DNA from: Arcobacteraceae bacterium
GTDB taxonomy: Bacteria > Campylobacterota > Campylobacteria > Campylobacterales > Arcobacteraceae
Direction: 5' to 3'
Assembly (NCBI GenBank): GCA_965224485.1
Contig: CBDCZH010000001.1
Span: 32,001-96,000, forward strand
DNA length: 64,000 nucleotides
Shown one piece after another: positions 61,600-64,000 of the stretch. The position numbers were made by a program, and so were the translations under genes. How positions within the stretch are numbered: position 1 is the first letter of the stretch; each line of letters opens with the position of its first letter. A model generated the notes under the pieces. The model saw nothing but the letters and a program-made list of their open reading frames with translations, was not told the DNA's origin and searched no databases.

Positions 61600-62553
61600 T
61601 TATTTTAAATAAATTCCATCTAATAAGGTATCAACAAATTTATCAGGAGAAAACTCAATTAAGTCTTCTTTCTTTTCTCCAATACCTATATAAAAAATAG
61701 GAAGTTCTAATTGATTTGAAATAGAAAATAAAGCTCCACCTTTAGCAGTTCCATCAAGTTTAGTAACAATAATACCATCAACTTTTACCATCTCATGAAA
61801 AGCTCTAGCTTGAGCAATTGCAGAGTTTCCTTGTGTTCCATCTAAAATAAGTAGTTTCTGATGAGGAGCATTTTCATAAGCTTTTGAACATACTTTTACT
61901 ATTTTTACTAATTCGTTATTTAAATTTGTTTGTGTTTGTAATCTTCCTGCTGTATCAATAATAACATTATCAATATCTCTTGCTAGGGCTGAAGAGATTG
62001 TATCATAGGCAACAGCAGAAGAGTCATGTCCTTGTTTAGTTTTAATAATAGGAACATTTAACTTGTCTGCCCATATACTTAACTGCTCAATAGCAGCAGC
62101 TCTAAATGTATCACCAGCCCCTAAAATAACGCTTTTATTTTTCTTTTTATACATGTGAGCTAATTTTGCTATTGTTGTAGTTTTTCCAGCTCCATTAACT
62201 CCAATGATTAGTTGAACAAAAGGTTTAGGTAAATTATTCATATTTACATCAGGTGCATGCTCAAAAAGCATAACTAACCTATGTCTTAAATCTTTTCGCT
62301 CAATTAAAGGAGGTAATCCATCCATTGCTTTTTCAATAATTTCATACTCAATATCAGCTTCTATTAAAATTTCTTCAATATCATCAAAAGGAATTTTTTC
62401 TTTTCCTTTAGGAATAATACTTGAAACATTTTCTAAAGTTTTTTCCAAAGCTTTTGAGAAAAAATTTTGCTCTTTTTGCTCTATTTCTTCTACTTTTAAT
62501 ACTTCTTCTTGTACTTCTTGTACTTTTTCTTTTTTACTAAATATATTAAACAC
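61600..62553 (-). CDS. ftsY: SRP receptor
   Basis: GVNGAGKTTT, DTFRAAA, DTAGR, TKLDGTAKGG. Confidence 0.97.
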   Translation of the reverse strand: MFNIFSKKEKVQEVQEEVLKVEEIEQKEQNFFSKALEKTLENVSSIIPKGKEKIPFDDIEEILIEADIEYEIIEKAMDGLPPLIERKDLRHRLVMLFEHAPDVNMNNLPKPFVQLIIGVNGAGKTTTIAKLAHMYKKKNKSVILGAGDTFRAAAIEQLSIWADKLNVPIIKTKQGHDSSAVAYDTISSALARDIDNVIIDTAGRLQTQTNLNNELVKIVKVCSKAYENAPHQKLLILDGTQGNSAIAQARAFHEMVKVDGIIVTKLDGTAKGGALFSISNQLELPIFYIGIGEKKEDLIEFSPDKFVDTLLDGIYLK

Positions 62554-63089
62554 TATTTAAGAGCCTTTTTTATGTCTATTTCCATCATTTCTTGAGGAAT
62601 TATTCCGACATATTTTTCTATTAATTTTCCATTTTTATTATACATAAACATTGTTGGAATTGATTTAATTCCTCCAAGTACTTTAGCTAGAATATAATTC
62701 TCATTCGAATTTGTAATAGGGTATTTTATATTATATTTCTTTATAAAATCTTTTAAATCTTGCGAAGTTTTCCCTTTTTCTAGTAAAATAGCAATAATTT
62801 CAAAATTATTTTTATATTTTTCTCTTAAATTATTTAAGTGTGGAATTTCGGCTTTACAAGGTTTACACCAGCTTGTAAAAAAATACACTAAAACTACTTT
62901 TTGTTTGAACTCTTCAAAGACTAAACCATCATCAATGACCTTAATATGTAGGGTTTGTGCTTTTGTTGTTGTTAATCGATATGTTTTTGCATCTTCTTGT
63001 TTTTTTTCTTCTTCACCGTCTTTTTGATTACATCCACTAAAGAGTAAAAGGGACAAGATTGTGAAAAATGCGATTTGTTTAAACTGCAT
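62553..63089 (-). CDS. TlpA/ResA-like thiol-disulfide lipoprotein
   Basis: lipobox FSGC, WCKPC, IPT. Confidence 0.9.
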   Translation of the reverse strand: MQFKQIAFFTILSLLLFSGCNQKDGEEEKKQEDAKTYRLTTTKAQTLHIKVIDDGLVFEEFKQKVVLVYFFTSWCKPCKAEIPHLNNLREKYKNNFEIIAILLEKGKTSQDLKDFIKKYNIKYPITNSNENYILAKVLGGIKSIPTMFMYNKNGKLIEKYVGIIPQEMMEIDIKKALK

Positions 63090-63151
63090 TTTAATTCCTT
63101 AAAGGTAAAATAATTTATTGGATATGGATTTTATCCAAGTAAGGCTTAAAT

Positions 63152-63688
63152 ATGTTAGAAAATCGTAAGCGTGAATTTAGAACTTCATGCATGAAAAGAT
63201 TAAAATTTGAAAGCCGTTTTTCAAAAGTAAAAAATGATAAAAAAATAGTAAACAATTTATATAAACTAATATTAAAATTAAAAGTAAGAAAGGTTTTGCT
63301 TTATGTTCCACTTTCTTTAGAAGTGGATGTTAACCCATTAATAAATAAACTAAGAAGAATCAAAAACATTGATGTTTATGTTCCTTTTATGTTTGAAGAT
63401 AGTTTTAAAATAGTTAAATATAGATTGCCATTAAAAAGAAAAAAATTTGGTATATATGAGCCTAACAACTCTTTTTTTAAAGGAAAAATTGATTTAGCAA
63501 TCGTACCTATTGTGGGCCTTGATGTTTTAAATAAACGAATAGGTTTTGGTAAAGGAATGTATGATCGGTTTTTTCATAGATTAAAATATAAACCTATTAC
63601 TGTTTTTACTCAAAGAAAACTTTGTAAAACTTCTGAAATTTTAAGTAATCATTACGATATTGAAGCTGATTATATTATTACAAAATAA
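63152..63688 (+). CDS. 5-formyltetrahydrofolate cyclo-ligase
   Basis: FGIYEP, IVP, RIGFGKGMYDR. Confidence 0.92.
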   Translation: MLENRKREFRTSCMKRLKFESRFSKVKNDKKIVNNLYKLILKLKVRKVLLYVPLSLEVDVNPLINKLRRIKNIDVYVPFMFEDSFKIVKYRLPLKRKKFGIYEPNNSFFKGKIDLAIVPIVGLDVLNKRIGFGKGMYDRFFHRLKYKPITVFTQRKLCKTSEILSNHYDIEADYIITK

Positions 63689-63704
63689 ATATTAAGGTTT
63701 AAAT

Positions 63705-64000
63705 ATGGAAGTATTATTAATAGAAGGGCTTATTGTTATTATTTTTTCATCAGCTATGACTGTTTTTGTAATGAAAAAATTTAATAAAGCTAAATTTGAT
63801 ATTTATATTGAACAAGCAAAAGCAAAAGCAAGAGTTATGGAGCATGAAGCAGAAGTAAGTCTAAGAGAAGCGAAAAACAATGCAAAAAGAGATTATGATA
63901 GAGAGTTTAGGAATGCACGTAAAGATTATGACAATATGCTTAATAAAATTGAAAAAAAAGAGCGAGAGTTAAACGAGCATTTAGAATCAGAACTTAAAAC
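63705..64000 (+). CDS. rny: ribonuclease Y, 5' part (runs off window)
   Basis: N-terminal TM then coiled coil (EQAKAKA..EHEAE); follows 5-FCL as in other Campylobacterota; KH/HD domains not in window. Confidence 0.75.
   Translation, partial: MEVLLIEGLIVIIFSSAMTVFVMKKFNKAKFDIYIEQAKAKARVMEHEAEVSLREAKNNAKRDYDREFRNARKDYDNMLNKIEKKERELNEHLESELK

Overview
AT-rich chromosomal window from a Campylobacterota bacterium, most likely Arcobacteraceae (inferred from oorDABC, the murJ...msbA-pyrD-M16 peptidase-dapA-SDR order, ftsY-tlpA/5-FCL-rny, and TG-n-TATAAT promoters). Most of it is housekeeping or transport: upp/uraA, yajQ, a NIT-domain chemoreceptor, bluB, two two-component systems, tctCBA, an RND pump, rpe, trpF, trpC, oorDABC, rseP, pgsA, dapA, pyrD, msbA, murJ, rubrerythrin/perR, ybeY, radA, ftsY and the start of rny. 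There are two accessory blocks. (1) A ~6.3 kb toxin/defence island after trpC (about 32186-38470), with all ORFs on the minus strand: a long palindrome, an orphan Fic-antitoxin-like peptide, dinJ-yafQ bracketed by a 21-bp direct repeat, membrane microproteins, decayed YhcG and DUF3800-like genes, a MazG-like + GIY-YIG/DUF2075 pair, radC, and two PemK/MazF-like toxins with no protein antitoxin. (2) A Desulfovibrio-style A2-type cytochrome c oxidase cluster with a frameshifted subunit III. The strongest new signal is that each orphan PemK/MazF gene faces a convergent, near-consensus sigma70 promoter followed by a conserved two-hairpin sequence with a cUUCGg loop and compensatory base changes. 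This suggests an RNA-antitoxin (type I/III-like) system. All calls come from reading the sequence by eye; no searches were run.
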